From IMG/VR virus record IMGVR_UViG_3300002092_001594, positions 51,225 through 115,224 of that record: 64,000 bases of DNA, one strand, 5' to 3'. A program made the translations under genes and the position numbers. Under the pieces are notes generated by a model, which worked only from the letters and a program-made list of their open reading frames with translations, was not told the origin of the DNA and did no database searches. This DNA comes from a virus. Within the stretch, counting starts at the first letter, position 1. Every line of letters starts with the position of its first letter. Of this stretch, positions 38,463 through 47,744 are shown piece after piece.

Positions 38463-40016
38463 TTATTTAAAAAACATTTGATTGTTTATTACTAATATGT
38501 CTATGTCTGTTTCTAAAAAAGTTTTTAAAGCATCTTCTGGGGTTAATATCATGGTCTTATCTTTGATATTAAATGAGGTGTTAAGTAAAATTGGATACCC
38601 GCTTAACTTTTCAAAGCGTGTTAATAATTTGTACATATTACCTTTACGATCATATACTGTTTGTATTCTAGCTGTTCCATCTACATGCGTTATTGCTTTT
38701 AACTTGTCTCTGTATTCTTCTCTTACTTTAACGACTTGATTCATATAAGGAATGAAATCGTATGATTCAAAGTAAGTGCTTTGTGCAAACTGAGTAACCA
38801 TTGGTGCAAAAGGCCTAAACATCTCTCGCTTCTTAATAAGCTTGTTTATTCGATCTTGCATTCCTGGTATAGTCGGGCTAGCTAATATACTCCTATGTCC
38901 TAATGCACGTGCACCAAACTCAATTCTACCTTCATACCAGCCTACTACCTTTCCTTTGTGTAATTCCTTTGCTATAACATTTAAATCTAGCATTTTTGTG
39001 TTGCACGTTGTAAATTCGTACTCTGGACCTAAGAAAGGATCTTGTTTTATACGGTGATGTACAAAATTAGTACAAGCGCCAATGCAAGAACCTGCATCTG
39101 AAGGTGCAACAGGTATCCAGATATTCTTATAAGGGGTATTTTCCTTTATCTTACCGTTTGCAGTACCGTTATAGGCACATCCTCCGCTTAAACATAAGTT
39201 TTCCCCCGGATATAGGTTTAAAAAGTGAAATAATGCTTTTTCGTAGATCCATTGAAGAGATGCTGCAATATCTTTATGTCTTTGCTCTATCGGCTCGTCA
39301 GGAAGCCTGTTGTCCCCTAATAGTTCTATTAAATGATGACTAAACATTACTTTATTACTACTATCCCACGTAAAGTACTTCATATCTACGTGTAATCCTC
39401 TCTTATAGTTCAGTAATTTTCTAAACTTACCTTTATACTTTGTCGGATCTCCGTAAGAAGCGAGTCCCATTACCTTATATTCACCTTCGTTTGGTTTAAA
39501 ACCTAAATAGGCAGTGATAGCAGAGTATAATAGTCCTAGAGAGTGAGGATACTTAACAGTAAGTTCAGGAATAAACTCTCCGTTTACTACTCTTACTATT
39601 TTTAACGTTTCTTCTTCACCTACTCCGTCAATACTAACTAAAGTTGCATCTGCAAAGGGAGAACTGTTGTAAGCATACATTAAATGAGACATGTGGTGTT
39701 CAGAAAAAAACACGGTATCGCTAAGCTTCTTTAGTTTAAACCATACTTTAATACCTGTCCACAAGGTTCTAGGTACAGATCTCCAATTATGCTTTAAAGC
39801 TCTTAGTAATTTTAAATGCGGCTTTTCGTAATAACATACTACATCGAACTTATCGGTGTAAGTATCCTTAATATACTGTATTGCATTGATAGGGAAAGAA
39901 GAATCATGCTTTATTCCTGTGAATTTCTCTTCTTCACATGCAAACACGAGTTTTCCGTCCTGAAATAGACAAGCAGCCGAATCGTGATAATATGCTGATA
40001 TTCCTAGTACGTTCAT
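38463..40016 (-). CDS. NodU/CmcH-family O-carbamoyltransferase
   Basis: YYHDSAA, EHHMSH, DGVGE, EYKVMGLASYG, SGGCAYN, EFGARALGHRS, FRPFAP, LNTSFN. Confidence 0.93.
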   Translation of the reverse strand: MNVLGISAYYHDSAACLFQDGKLVFACEEEKFTGIKHDSSFPINAIQYIKDTYTDKFDVVCYYEKPHLKLLRALKHNWRSVPRTLWTGIKVWFKLKKLSDTVFFSEHHMSHLMYAYNSSPFADATLVSIDGVGEEETLKIVRVVNGEFIPELTVKYPHSLGLLYSAITAYLGFKPNEGEYKVMGLASYGDPTKYKGKFRKLLNYKRGLHVDMKYFTWDSSNKVMFSHHLIELLGDNRLPDEPIEQRHKDIAASLQWIYEKALFHFLNLYPGENLCLSGGCAYNGTANGKIKENTPYKNIWIPVAPSDAGSCIGACTNFVHHRIKQDPFLGPEYEFTTCNTKMLDLNVIAKELHKGKVVGWYEGRIEFGARALGHRSILASPTIPGMQDRINKLIKKREMFRPFAPMVTQFAQSTYFESYDFIPYMNQVVKVREEYRDKLKAITHVDGTARIQTVYDRKGNMYKLLTRFEKLSGYPILLNTSFNIKDKTMILTPEDALKTFLETDIDILVINNQMFFK

Positions 40017-40132
40017 TAGTGGTTATAGATAAATGGATCACGCTTTTTTAACTCTTCGATTTTCTTCTTAAATCGCTTTTTGCGCTTACGCTCTTCCCAT
40101 TTGTCTTTAAACCACTTTATTAGTTTTTTCAT
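40016..40132 (-). CDS. 38-aa basic peptide coupled to the carbamoyltransferase (not in ORF track)
   Basis: MKKLIKWFKDKWEERKRKKRFKKKIEELKKRDPFIYNH; TAATG overlap; own promoter. Confidence 0.7.
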   Translation of the reverse strand: MKKLIKWFKDKWEERKRKKRFKKKIEELKKRDPFIYNH

Positions 40133-40147
40133 AACAGATTCTTTGTA

Positions 40148-40179
40148 TAAAAATAGGAGTATTCTATTAAACTTCCAAA
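40148..40179 (-). promoter_or_regulatory. Bacteroidota-type promoter
   Basis: TTTG-N20-TATTTTTA. Confidence 0.55.
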
Positions 40180-40853
40180 TAATTCACTATTTCATCTGAA
40201 AGTTGGTAAGGATTCATAGGGAATTGAATACTAATACCGGAGCTTTGATAACGTGTGTCGTGAAAATCTCTGGCATTAAATACTGAAACACTAGAAGTTA
40301 TGTCGTAGATTGTGTCGTCAACGTTATCATAGACATAAAGTGATTTTGTATCAGAAATTATCATGTGAAGCTTGTATGCTCTCTTTACTTCGTATTCATA
40401 AGTGTCCGGATATTCAGCTTTTAACCAAGCATCGTTGTCAAAGCTTAGTCCGTTGCTATCAGATACACGTAATTGTTTTATTGAATTTTTTGTGGAGCTG
40501 TTTTGATGCCATAACGCCATCTTGTAATGTGGAATTAAATCTTTCCAAGGTGCACAAGGAAATGGAGCTAAATCTTGGTGTATAACTGGACCGCGATTTA
40601 CGTCTTCGATTCTAATGTTATAAGCAAACTGATTTGCATGAAATGTTGCAATAAAAGCAGTAGTTAGTGGAAATGCAGCTGCCTGTCTTGCTTGAAAGCT
40701 TTCATCTTGCCAGTCGTCTGAATTATAACCTATAAATTCCGTATCTGTGCTTGCAAGTAATTCTTGCTTTGCTGCTGCAAACATCTCTTGATTGACAAAG
40801 CTATCTAAAGATATATACGGAACTTTTACACCGTTCTTAGTTAATCCGACCAT
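40167..40853 (-). CDS. Hypothetical protein, possible cupin/2OG-oxygenase fold
   Basis: HQD ... FN..DFH pattern; weak. Confidence 0.45.
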   Translation of the reverse strand: MVGLTKNGVKVPYISLDSFVNQEMFAAAKQELLASTDTEFIGYNSDDWQDESFQARQAAAFPLTTAFIATFHANQFAYNIRIEDVNRGPVIHQDLAPFPCAPWKDLIPHYKMALWHQNSSTKNSIKQLRVSDSNGLSFDNDAWLKAEYPDTYEYEVKRAYKLHMIISDTKSLYVYDNVDDTIYDITSSVSVFNARDFHDTRYQSSGISIQFPMNPYQLSDEIVNYLEV

Positions 40854-40871
40854 AATTCGTTAATTTTATGA

Positions 40872-40887
40872 TTATAAATATTTATAA
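40872..40887. promoter_or_regulatory. Perfect 16-bp palindrome carrying TATTTAT on both strands between divergent genes
   Basis: TTATAAATATTTATAA. Confidence 0.6.
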
Positions 40888-40904
40888 ACAGAAATAAGTT
40901 GCAA

Positions 40905-41450
40905 ATGAATGATAAATGGAATAAATTTATAGAAACTCCATCATTAAGGTTTCGTTATCAAGTACCTAAGTTTACTCCTAGTATTTATAGGGAGTATAGA
41001 GGTGAAATTTTCACCACTTTTCATTCAGAAGAGCATCCTGTAATGAAATATCTTCCTTTTAACAAAGAGGAATTAAACATTCATAATAAATTCTCTAAAT
41101 CTTACAAAGGTGTTTTAAGAGGCCTCCATTACGATAATAAAACGTGGAAGTTAATTCAAGCGCTTGCAGGAGATTTGTACTTAGTAGTTCTTGATATGAG
41201 ACGAGATTCTTTTACCTATGGAGAATGGGAATCATTTATTTTAACTGAAAAGAGTAGAGATCAAATCTTAGTACCGCCCGGTTTTGCTAATGGTCATTAC
41301 GCATTAACTGACTGTATTTTTCATTATAACTTATTTTATAAAGGTGAGTGTGTTGATTCAGTTGATCACGAAATAGTTAAATGGAATGATCCTGAGTTTC
41401 AAATAGAGTGGCCTACTGATAATCCAATTTTACAGAAAAAAGATAAATGA
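40905..41450 (+). CDS. rmlC: NDP-4-keto-6-deoxyhexose 3,5-epimerase (RmlC-like)
   Basis: RGE, S.KGVLRGLHY, LDMR, VPPGFANGH, WNDP..I.WP. Confidence 0.85.
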   Translation: MNDKWNKFIETPSLRFRYQVPKFTPSIYREYRGEIFTTFHSEEHPVMKYLPFNKEELNIHNKFSKSYKGVLRGLHYDNKTWKLIQALAGDLYLVVLDMRRDSFTYGEWESFILTEKSRDQILVPPGFANGHYALTDCIFHYNLFYKGECVDSVDHEIVKWNDPEFQIEWPTDNPILQKKDK

Positions 41451-42028
41451 TAGATACATTAATTACATTTGAAAGAAAAATAGCTGATCTGTGGGAAGCA
41501 GGTAAGATAAGAGGTCCTATTCACTTAAGCGGCGGTAATGAAAGGGAATTAGTAGAAATTTTCGGGAAAGTAAAAAGTGGAGATTGGGTATTTTCGACTT
41601 GGAGATCTCATTATCATGCATTACTTAAAGGTGTAGATCCTTCTTGGCTAGAGAAAGAAATATTGGATGGAAAATCCATTACGATTGTAAATAAAGAACA
41701 TAAATTTTATTCATCAGCAATAGTTGGCGGTATTATTCCGATTGCTGTTGGTGTTGCAATGCAGCTTAAAGCCGATAATAGTACTGATAAAGTTTGGTGT
41801 TTTATAGGAGATATGGCATTTGAGACAGGGATTTTTTATGAAATGCATAAATACGCTACAAATTATAATTTACCAATTCAGTTTGTAGTAGAAGATAACG
41901 GTGTATCTACAAACACACCAACATTTGAAACTTGGAATAGTAAGAAACCAATACCAGATAATGTAATTTATTATAAATACGAAAAACAGTGGCCGCACTA
42001 CGGAACAGGAAAATGGATAATGTTTTAA
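41447..42028 (+). CDS. TPP-dependent E1-alpha-like subunit (short)
   Basis: HLSGGNE, WRSHYH, AIVGG, GDMAFETG..E...VVEDN. Confidence 0.85.
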   Translation: MIDTLITFERKIADLWEAGKIRGPIHLSGGNERELVEIFGKVKSGDWVFSTWRSHYHALLKGVDPSWLEKEILDGKSITIVNKEHKFYSSAIVGGIIPIAVGVAMQLKADNSTDKVWCFIGDMAFETGIFYEMHKYATNYNLPIQFVVEDNGVSTNTPTFETWNSKKPIPDNVIYYKYEKQWPHYGTGKWIMF

Positions 42029-43023
42029 TAACAGGGATAACAGGAATGGTGGGTTCTCATTTAACCGACTTTCTTTTAAAGAATACAGATTGGAAAATTT
42101 ATGGCTTTTTAAGATGGAATGACAATTTAGAAAACATAGAGCACTTATCTAAAGTAATTAACGAGGGAGATAGAGTTAAACTTGTATATGGCGACTTGAC
42201 AGATCTATCTTCTTTAATAAAGGCTGTAGAGGTATCAAAACCAAAGTATGTATTTCATTTAGCTGGCCAGTCTTATCCCCAAGCAAGCTTTATATCGCCG
42301 GTAGAGACTTTACAGGCAAATATTATAGGTACTACTAATGTACTTGAAGCATTAAAAAATTCAGAATATAAAAATGCAAATATACATGTTTGTTCTTCTA
42401 GTGAGATATTTGGTAGAGTACCGAAAGAAAAGCTACCTATAAATGAAGATTGTTCAATACATCCTGCATCTCCGTATGCTATTTCAAAGTGTGGTGTTGA
42501 TTTATTAGGCAGACATTATGCTCAAGCTTATGGAATGACTATAATGACGACACGTATGTTTACCCACACCGGTCCTAGACGTGGTGATGTATTTCATGAA
42601 TCGACTTTTGCAAAGCAAATAGCAATGATTGAAGCAGGTATACAAGAACCTAAAATTTATGTTGGTAATTTACAATCTTTAAGAACATATGCTGATGTAA
42701 GAGATGCTGTTAGAGCTTACTACATGCTCTTAACTATCAATCCTACTTCAGGTGAATACTATAATATTGGTGGTAGCTTTACTTGTACTGTTGAGGACAC
42801 TTTACAATTTTTAATTAATGCATCTACTGCAACCAATATAGAAGTTATTACAGATAAAGGAAGGCTTAGACCTATAGATGCTGATTTACAAATACCAGAT
42901 ACTACTAAATTTAGAGCCCATACAGGATGGAAGCCAGAAATACCTTATGAAACTACGATGCTTGATCTATTAAATCATTGGAGAAAGAAAGTAAATAGTG
43001 GACGAACATTTTTAAAACGATGA
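42013..43023 (+). CDS. GDP-mannose 4,6-dehydratase-like SDR
   Basis: LITGITGMVGSH, HLAGQS, SSSE.FG, SPYAISK, GNL...R. Confidence 0.88.
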   Translation: MDNVLITGITGMVGSHLTDFLLKNTDWKIYGFLRWNDNLENIEHLSKVINEGDRVKLVYGDLTDLSSLIKAVEVSKPKYVFHLAGQSYPQASFISPVETLQANIIGTTNVLEALKNSEYKNANIHVCSSSEIFGRVPKEKLPINEDCSIHPASPYAISKCGVDLLGRHYAQAYGMTIMTTRMFTHTGPRRGDVFHESTFAKQIAMIEAGIQEPKIYVGNLQSLRTYADVRDAVRAYYMLLTINPTSGEYYNIGGSFTCTVEDTLQFLINASTATNIEVITDKGRLRPIDADLQIPDTTKFRAHTGWKPEIPYETTMLDLLNHWRKKVNSGRTFLKR

Positions 43024-43559
43024 ATACACCTCAACATACACCCTACAAAGATGCTTTAACAAAAGCAATGGGTAAATTAGGACAATACGAATACTCTACT
43101 TTTATAGGACAGCAAATACTGTATCCCGGTAATCCTATGAGTACTACTTTAGGAGATGTTCCTAAATCAAAAATGATAGAAGTACCTGTAATGGAAGAAT
43201 CTCAAATGGGTATGAGTCTAGGTCTTGCTATGGCAGGTAGGTTTGTTATTACTTTCTATCCTAGATGGGACTTTCTTATATGTGCAACAAACCAGTTAGT
43301 TAATCACGTTGATAAATTAGGATTAATGGGTAATTGGAATGTTGATATGATTATTAGGGTTGGAAAAGGAAGTACTAATCCCTTAGATCCTGGACATCAG
43401 CATAAAGGAAATTATTTCAACGAATTTAAATCTATGTGCCCTAATATAGAATTTCATGACTGTAGATCTCCACAAGATGTAGAAAAAGCTTATGAATATG
43501 CTATTCAAGGAGGTATAAACCTTATTGTTGAGTATCCGGAGTTTTATTATTCCAACTAA
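43020..43559 (+). CDS. TPP-dependent E1-beta / transketolase pyrimidine-binding subunit (short)
   Basis: PVMEESQMG..LGLA..G, NQLVN, GHQH. Confidence 0.8.
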   Translation: MNTPQHTPYKDALTKAMGKLGQYEYSTFIGQQILYPGNPMSTTLGDVPKSKMIEVPVMEESQMGMSLGLAMAGRFVITFYPRWDFLICATNQLVNHVDKLGLMGNWNVDMIIRVGKGSTNPLDPGHQHKGNYFNEFKSMCPNIEFHDCRSPQDVEKAYEYAIQGGINLIVEYPEFYYSN

Positions 43560-43953
43560 CTTCCCAAACTTGCATATCAGCTGCTAAACAATCGATCTTA
43601 TAATCTTTTCTACCTCCAGCAACTTCTTGAATTTTATTCTTAGCTGTATTACGAATACCGTTGAGTCCATGAGTTAACTCTAAAGTATTACCGTCTTTAA
43701 TTCCTTTACGTACATTTGATTCGTTATGCCAGATATGTAAATTCATCTGTGCAAGAACTATAATTGCTCTAATAGTTTCAGCTGTTATTACTCCATTTTG
43801 CTCATCGAGTGCTAATTGAACATCGTGAATGATATCTTGAATTTCTTGAGCATATTCTGTCTTGTGTTCGGGTATAAAAACTTCTTTTAACTGAACAATA
43901 CTTAGTCTATCGACTAATTCACTTAGAGTTGGTAAATACTTTCTGTTTTTCAT
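43522..43953 (-). CDS. Helical hypothetical protein (DUF4254-like)
   Basis: TLSELVDRLSI.QLK, N..IWH.E, LN..RN. Confidence 0.6.
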   Translation of the reverse strand: MKNRKYLPTLSELVDRLSIVQLKEVFIPEHKTEYAQEIQDIIHDVQLALDEQNGVITAETIRAIIVLAQMNLHIWHNESNVRKGIKDGNTLELTHGLNGIRNTAKNKIQEVAGGRKDYKIDCLAADMQVWEVSWNNKTPDTQQ

Positions 43954-44312
43954 TATATTTCTATTTTACTTATTCCTTCATCTCGTTTTAAATTAATTGC
44001 TACTGCTGTTTCTTCGTCACTTCCCGGTTTAAGGTCGTTAAGTAATACCCTAACGCCTCCTCCTATTCCCATGATCAGCTGATCGTAGAATATTCCTGCT
44101 AATTCTAACTGTTCTTCAGTAAACTTTCTCATAGATTCTCTTCTACCAGTTGTTAGGATAATATTATAACCTTTTTTGTCCCATTCCAATAACTTCTCTA
44201 CAGTACCGGGTAATACTTTAGGTTTAAAGCCGTAAAAACTCTCTCCTGGGGGGAAGTGCTCGAGTAATGTTCCGTCTATATCGCAAAATATCGTCTTAGG
44301 TCTAATATCCAT
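43953..44312 (-). CDS. HAD phosphatase (capsule-type)
   Basis: DIDGT, TTGR, YDQLIMG. Confidence 0.8.
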   Translation of the reverse strand: MDIRPKTIFCDIDGTLLEHFPPGESFYGFKPKVLPGTVEKLLEWDKKGYNIILTTGRRESMRKFTEEQLELAGIFYDQLIMGIGGGVRVLLNDLKPGSDEETAVAINLKRDEGISKIEI

Positions 44313-45234
44313 TTAATCTATATTTTATTGTGTCTTTAATAATGTCGTTTATACCTTCTCTTAAAGGTAGCTTATCATAATTGTAGTGGCCGCATACTTT
44401 AATCACCATATCTTTATCGCTCAAATTAAATTCAGGTGTTACCCATCTTTTCCACTTTTCAGAAGCTAAACACACCTCGTAGAAACTATTTTTCTCTGAT
44501 TCAGTCATATGCTCTAAATAAATTTCTGTTTCAAGCTGTGCTAATTCAGGTCCTATGTTAATAGCATCTATTCCAGCATGGAATCTTAACTCTCTTTCTT
44601 CTTTTGATAAGTAATCACCGTTATGTTCCTTAGTCTTTTTTCCATACTCTTTACATACCTTAATCATAGTAGCTAAAGGCTCTGTTAAAAACTTATTTGT
44701 ATTCTTTCTACTTACTAAGTCTATCTTAACTCCAGACTGTACTACTACATACTCTATATTATTAAATGCTTCTGCAGAAAAAAACCTGAGATCTAAAAGT
44801 ATAGTTTTGTATTCTTTAGAGTTAAACTGCTTAATAGCAGCTTCGGTCAATACTTCATACTTTACTTTAGGATTATGTTGATATAACTCTAACATAGTAG
44901 TAGTGGTTAAGTTTAATCCTTCCGAAATAGACTTAACTTGCTTCCAAGGGTCAAGATGTATTATATCAAAGTAATTTAAATCTTCTCTATAAGAAACAAG
45001 TCCGTTATCCTCAACTATCCCTTGAGAAGGCCCTCCGTGATCTCTTTCTAATACAATACTACTATTCTTATTCTTAACATACTCATAAAAGCTTTTTGTA
45101 TTCCATCCATTAACATATCCACCGTCGTAATCTACTTGACGTCTAGTTACTGTAAATCCAAAAACGTTAGGGTCTAACTCGCAAACAGCATCTACGATGT
45201 TCTTAGACATTGGACAAATAAAGTACTTAGGCAT
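44302..45234 (-). CDS. GatZ/KbaZ-like TIM-barrel sugar-phosphate enzyme
   Basis: RRQVDY.GGY, RDHGGP, IHLDP, KEHNGDY, NIGPEL. Confidence 0.65.
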   Translation of the reverse strand: MPKYFICPMSKNIVDAVCELDPNVFGFTVTRRQVDYDGGYVNGWNTKSFYEYVKNKNSSIVLERDHGGPSQGIVEDNGLVSYREDLNYFDIIHLDPWKQVKSISEGLNLTTTTMLELYQHNPKVKYEVLTEAAIKQFNSKEYKTILLDLRFFSAEAFNNIEYVVVQSGVKIDLVSRKNTNKFLTEPLATMIKVCKEYGKKTKEHNGDYLSKEERELRFHAGIDAINIGPELAQLETEIYLEHMTESEKNSFYEVCLASEKWKRWVTPEFNLSDKDMVIKVCGHYNYDKLPLREGINDIIKDTIKYRLNGY

Positions 45235-45847
45235 TTATATAGAGTTTATATTGTTCTTCAGCTTGTAACTCTGCTATTACTCTTCCTACGCCGGTAAAAG
45301 GTCTGCCATCAAAAATAGTATTCTTTTCCGACTTAATTTCAATTGGAGTTGCATTTATAAAGTACTGATCGCTCACTTCATCTATACTGGAAATTTCTGA
45401 TCTAGTTACTATTGAAAAAGTCATACCTAACTTATCGAAAGCATATACTATTGCCTTTGCAAAGCCACCGGTACCTATGATATTAACGTGTTTTAAGTTT
45501 GCATCTTTAAAAAAGTTATAAACTCCCATCCAATCAGTATTAAAAGCTTTTAGAAAGCCATTGTTGTTTATAACTGTATTAGCAGCGCTAATTTCCTTAG
45601 CTGCGGGATCTATTATATCGACAAGATTTAATACCTCTTCTTTAAAAGGCATACTAATAGCAAAACCACTAAAGTTTAATACTTTAGCTGCTATAACTGA
45701 TTTTTTTATATCGTCTGAATAAAAAGATTTGTAAATAGCATTTATACTATCTGCTTCAAACCTACTATTGAAGTATATGCAGCCGTTATTTCCTGGATTA
45801 GAGGAAAATGAACCGTATATCTTAGTATCTTTATTTATAGTGTTCAC
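45227..45847 (-). CDS. Shikimate dehydrogenase-like oxidoreductase
   Basis: SMPFK, AANT, NTD..G, IIGTGG.A.A, INATP, QA. Confidence 0.8.
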   Translation of the reverse strand: MNTINKDTKIYGSFSSNPGNNGCIYFNSRFEADSINAIYKSFYSDDIKKSVIAAKVLNFSGFAISMPFKEEVLNLVDIIDPAAKEISAANTVINNNGFLKAFNTDWMGVYNFFKDANLKHVNIIGTGGFAKAIVYAFDKLGMTFSIVTRSEISSIDEVSDQYFINATPIEIKSEKNTIFDGRPFTGVGRVIAELQAEEQYKLYINA

Positions 45848-47744
45848 TTAGTAGTTCAATTGATTTGAACCATAACATCTTTCCAAATTTGTCATCGTGT
45901 AAAGGAGACATATTTAAAAATATTATAGCGGTTATTAGTTTTACTTTGTTTAAATCGAAATTATTCTCTACAATCCATTTTTCGTATGCTATTCTAAAGT
46001 CTGTAAGTTGAGTAGATACGTTATATGAATAATTTACTTCTGTAGAGCCTTCTTCGTAAATTATAGAATCTTCTTTCTTCATTAAGTTATAGGGTATGAT
46101 ACTTCCTCCGTATAATTTTGCTAAATCGTAGTAGATATCCCCTCCTTCTGTAGAATCCCCAAAAGAATCTCTCCAGTCAATGTATATAAATTTTTTAAAT
46201 GATAAATTATATAAGATATTATCAAATTGTAAGTCCCCGTGAAATAAATCATACATAGGGTTGTTATAAAATTGACTTATTTCTATACTATTAAGAATAG
46301 TTGCTAAATCTTCGTGTTGTTTACTGTTTATAGTAAATCTCTGAGTAAGATACTCTGAACCAAACCTTTGTTTAAAAGCAGCTACTCTTTTATTTGTCTT
46401 TGTTATGTAAAACTCATCAAATACTTCTTTGCTACCTTGATAGATTTTACTCTTACTAATATTTGTTTTAAAAGTATTTAAGAAGTCTAAATAGAGATAG
46501 AGAGAATCGTGTTGATACAAGGTATTTCCTTGCATCCAATCGTACTTTATAAAATTATCTGTAGAAACAACTTCATAAGGGATTAAATCTGTAAGTATTT
46601 TTGCTCTTTTAGCTTTATTACCTATAAAAACAGTATTAGGACTAAACTTAAGGAAGCTATTTACTTTATAAGTAATTTCATCTGTAACTTTATATAAAGA
46701 TAAAGGAGTTTCATTAAAATATTGCTTAGTTTTATTTAAATCATCCAAGTTACCGGTATCTAACCATTCTAATTGCTTAGCTTTAAAGTTAGGGTATTTG
46801 TCTGTATGTTTAAATGCAGCTACAACCTCTCCATTTTCTATATTAGCTTCTAATTCACTCCAGAATATCTTATAATCCCAAATACTAGCTAGTCCGATGA
46901 AAGCATTTTGATATCCATCAATATTTTTATTAGTAAAGTTTAAAATATTGTTTTCTTTATCTAATTCAACAGTAGAATACTTTTCAGGATATGCTGTTGG
47001 ATAGATGCCCAGCCAATTACCGTCTATGTGAGGCATTTTTGAAGTAATAATACAGTCAGCTACTGCAAAATAAAAAGGTCTTTGTAAATAATCTTTACAT
47101 TTTAAAGCTGAATAACCGGGTCCTGAGTCTTTTTCTTGGTAATTATCTATAGTAACAAACTTAAAGAGATAATCTGGATAAGCTAATTGGCAATATTGCT
47201 TTAATTCGTCTCCTTTATACCCTAGAGCTATAATAAACTCATAATCTTTAGGAAATTTTTCTATTACATAGGATATAATAGCTTTATTATTAATAGGGAG
47301 CATGGCCTTATTAACGTTCTTAGTTAAATCTCCTAATCGACTACCTAATCCTGCAGCTACTATAAAGACAGCAGGAGTTTTATGTTCAGTTTCAATCTTC
47401 CCGTCTGCTCTATTAAACTCATCGTCAATTCTTATAACATCATCTACATGAGGTGTAGATACTTCTTGTAAAATAATGTCTGTTATAGCTATCACTCTAT
47501 GTTTTCTAGGAGGTGCTACATTAAAATATTCTCCCGCTTTCATTAACTTCTTTTCAACAACTCCCTCTTCATTTTCAAGCCATATTTCTGCAGTACCAGA
47601 TATAATGTAGTTGGTTTCTCTTTTAAACTGGTGATATTGGTAGCTAGTCTTGTAGCCAGCGTTAATATAAATGCGCTTATAGCAATAAGCATCATTTAAT
47701 TCTAACCATTCTTCTTTTCCCCAGGGTTTATGTACTACTTTCAT
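45831..47744 (-). CDS. Cupin + sugar nucleotidyltransferase + APH/choline-kinase-like fusion
   Basis: KPWG.E, SYQYH..K.ET; AAGLGSRL..NK; HGDLQFDNI, IDWR, YDLAKL. Confidence 0.8.
   Translation of the reverse strand: MKVVHKPWGKEEWLELNDAYCYKRIYINAGYKTSYQYHQFKRETNYIISGTAEIWLENEEGVVEKKLMKAGEYFNVAPPRKHRVIAITDIILQEVSTPHVDDVIRIDDEFNRADGKIETEHKTPAVFIVAAGLGSRLGDLTKNVNKAMLPINNKAIISYVIEKFPKDYEFIIALGYKGDELKQYCQLAYPDYLFKFVTIDNYQEKDSGPGYSALKCKDYLQRPFYFAVADCIITSKMPHIDGNWLGIYPTAYPEKYSTVELDKENNILNFTNKNIDGYQNAFIGLASIWDYKIFWSELEANIENGEVVAAFKHTDKYPNFKAKQLEWLDTGNLDDLNKTKQYFNETPLSLYKVTDEITYKVNSFLKFSPNTVFIGNKAKRAKILTDLIPYEVVSTDNFIKYDWMQGNTLYQHDSLYLYLDFLNTFKTNISKSKIYQGSKEVFDEFYITKTNKRVAAFKQRFGSEYLTQRFTINSKQHEDLATILNSIEISQFYNNPMYDLFHGDLQFDNILYNLSFKKFIYIDWRDSFGDSTEGGDIYYDLAKLYGGSIIPYNLMKKEDSIIYEEGSTEVNYSYNVSTQLTDFRIAYEKWIVENNFDLNKVKLITAIIFLNMSPLHDDKFGKMLWFKSIELLSEHYK

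Noticed and set aside
41447-45847. Pyruvate dehydrogenase and aroE as central-metabolism auxiliary genes
   Set aside because: The subunits are truncated, E2/E3 and other aro genes are absent, and they are embedded among NDP-sugar genes
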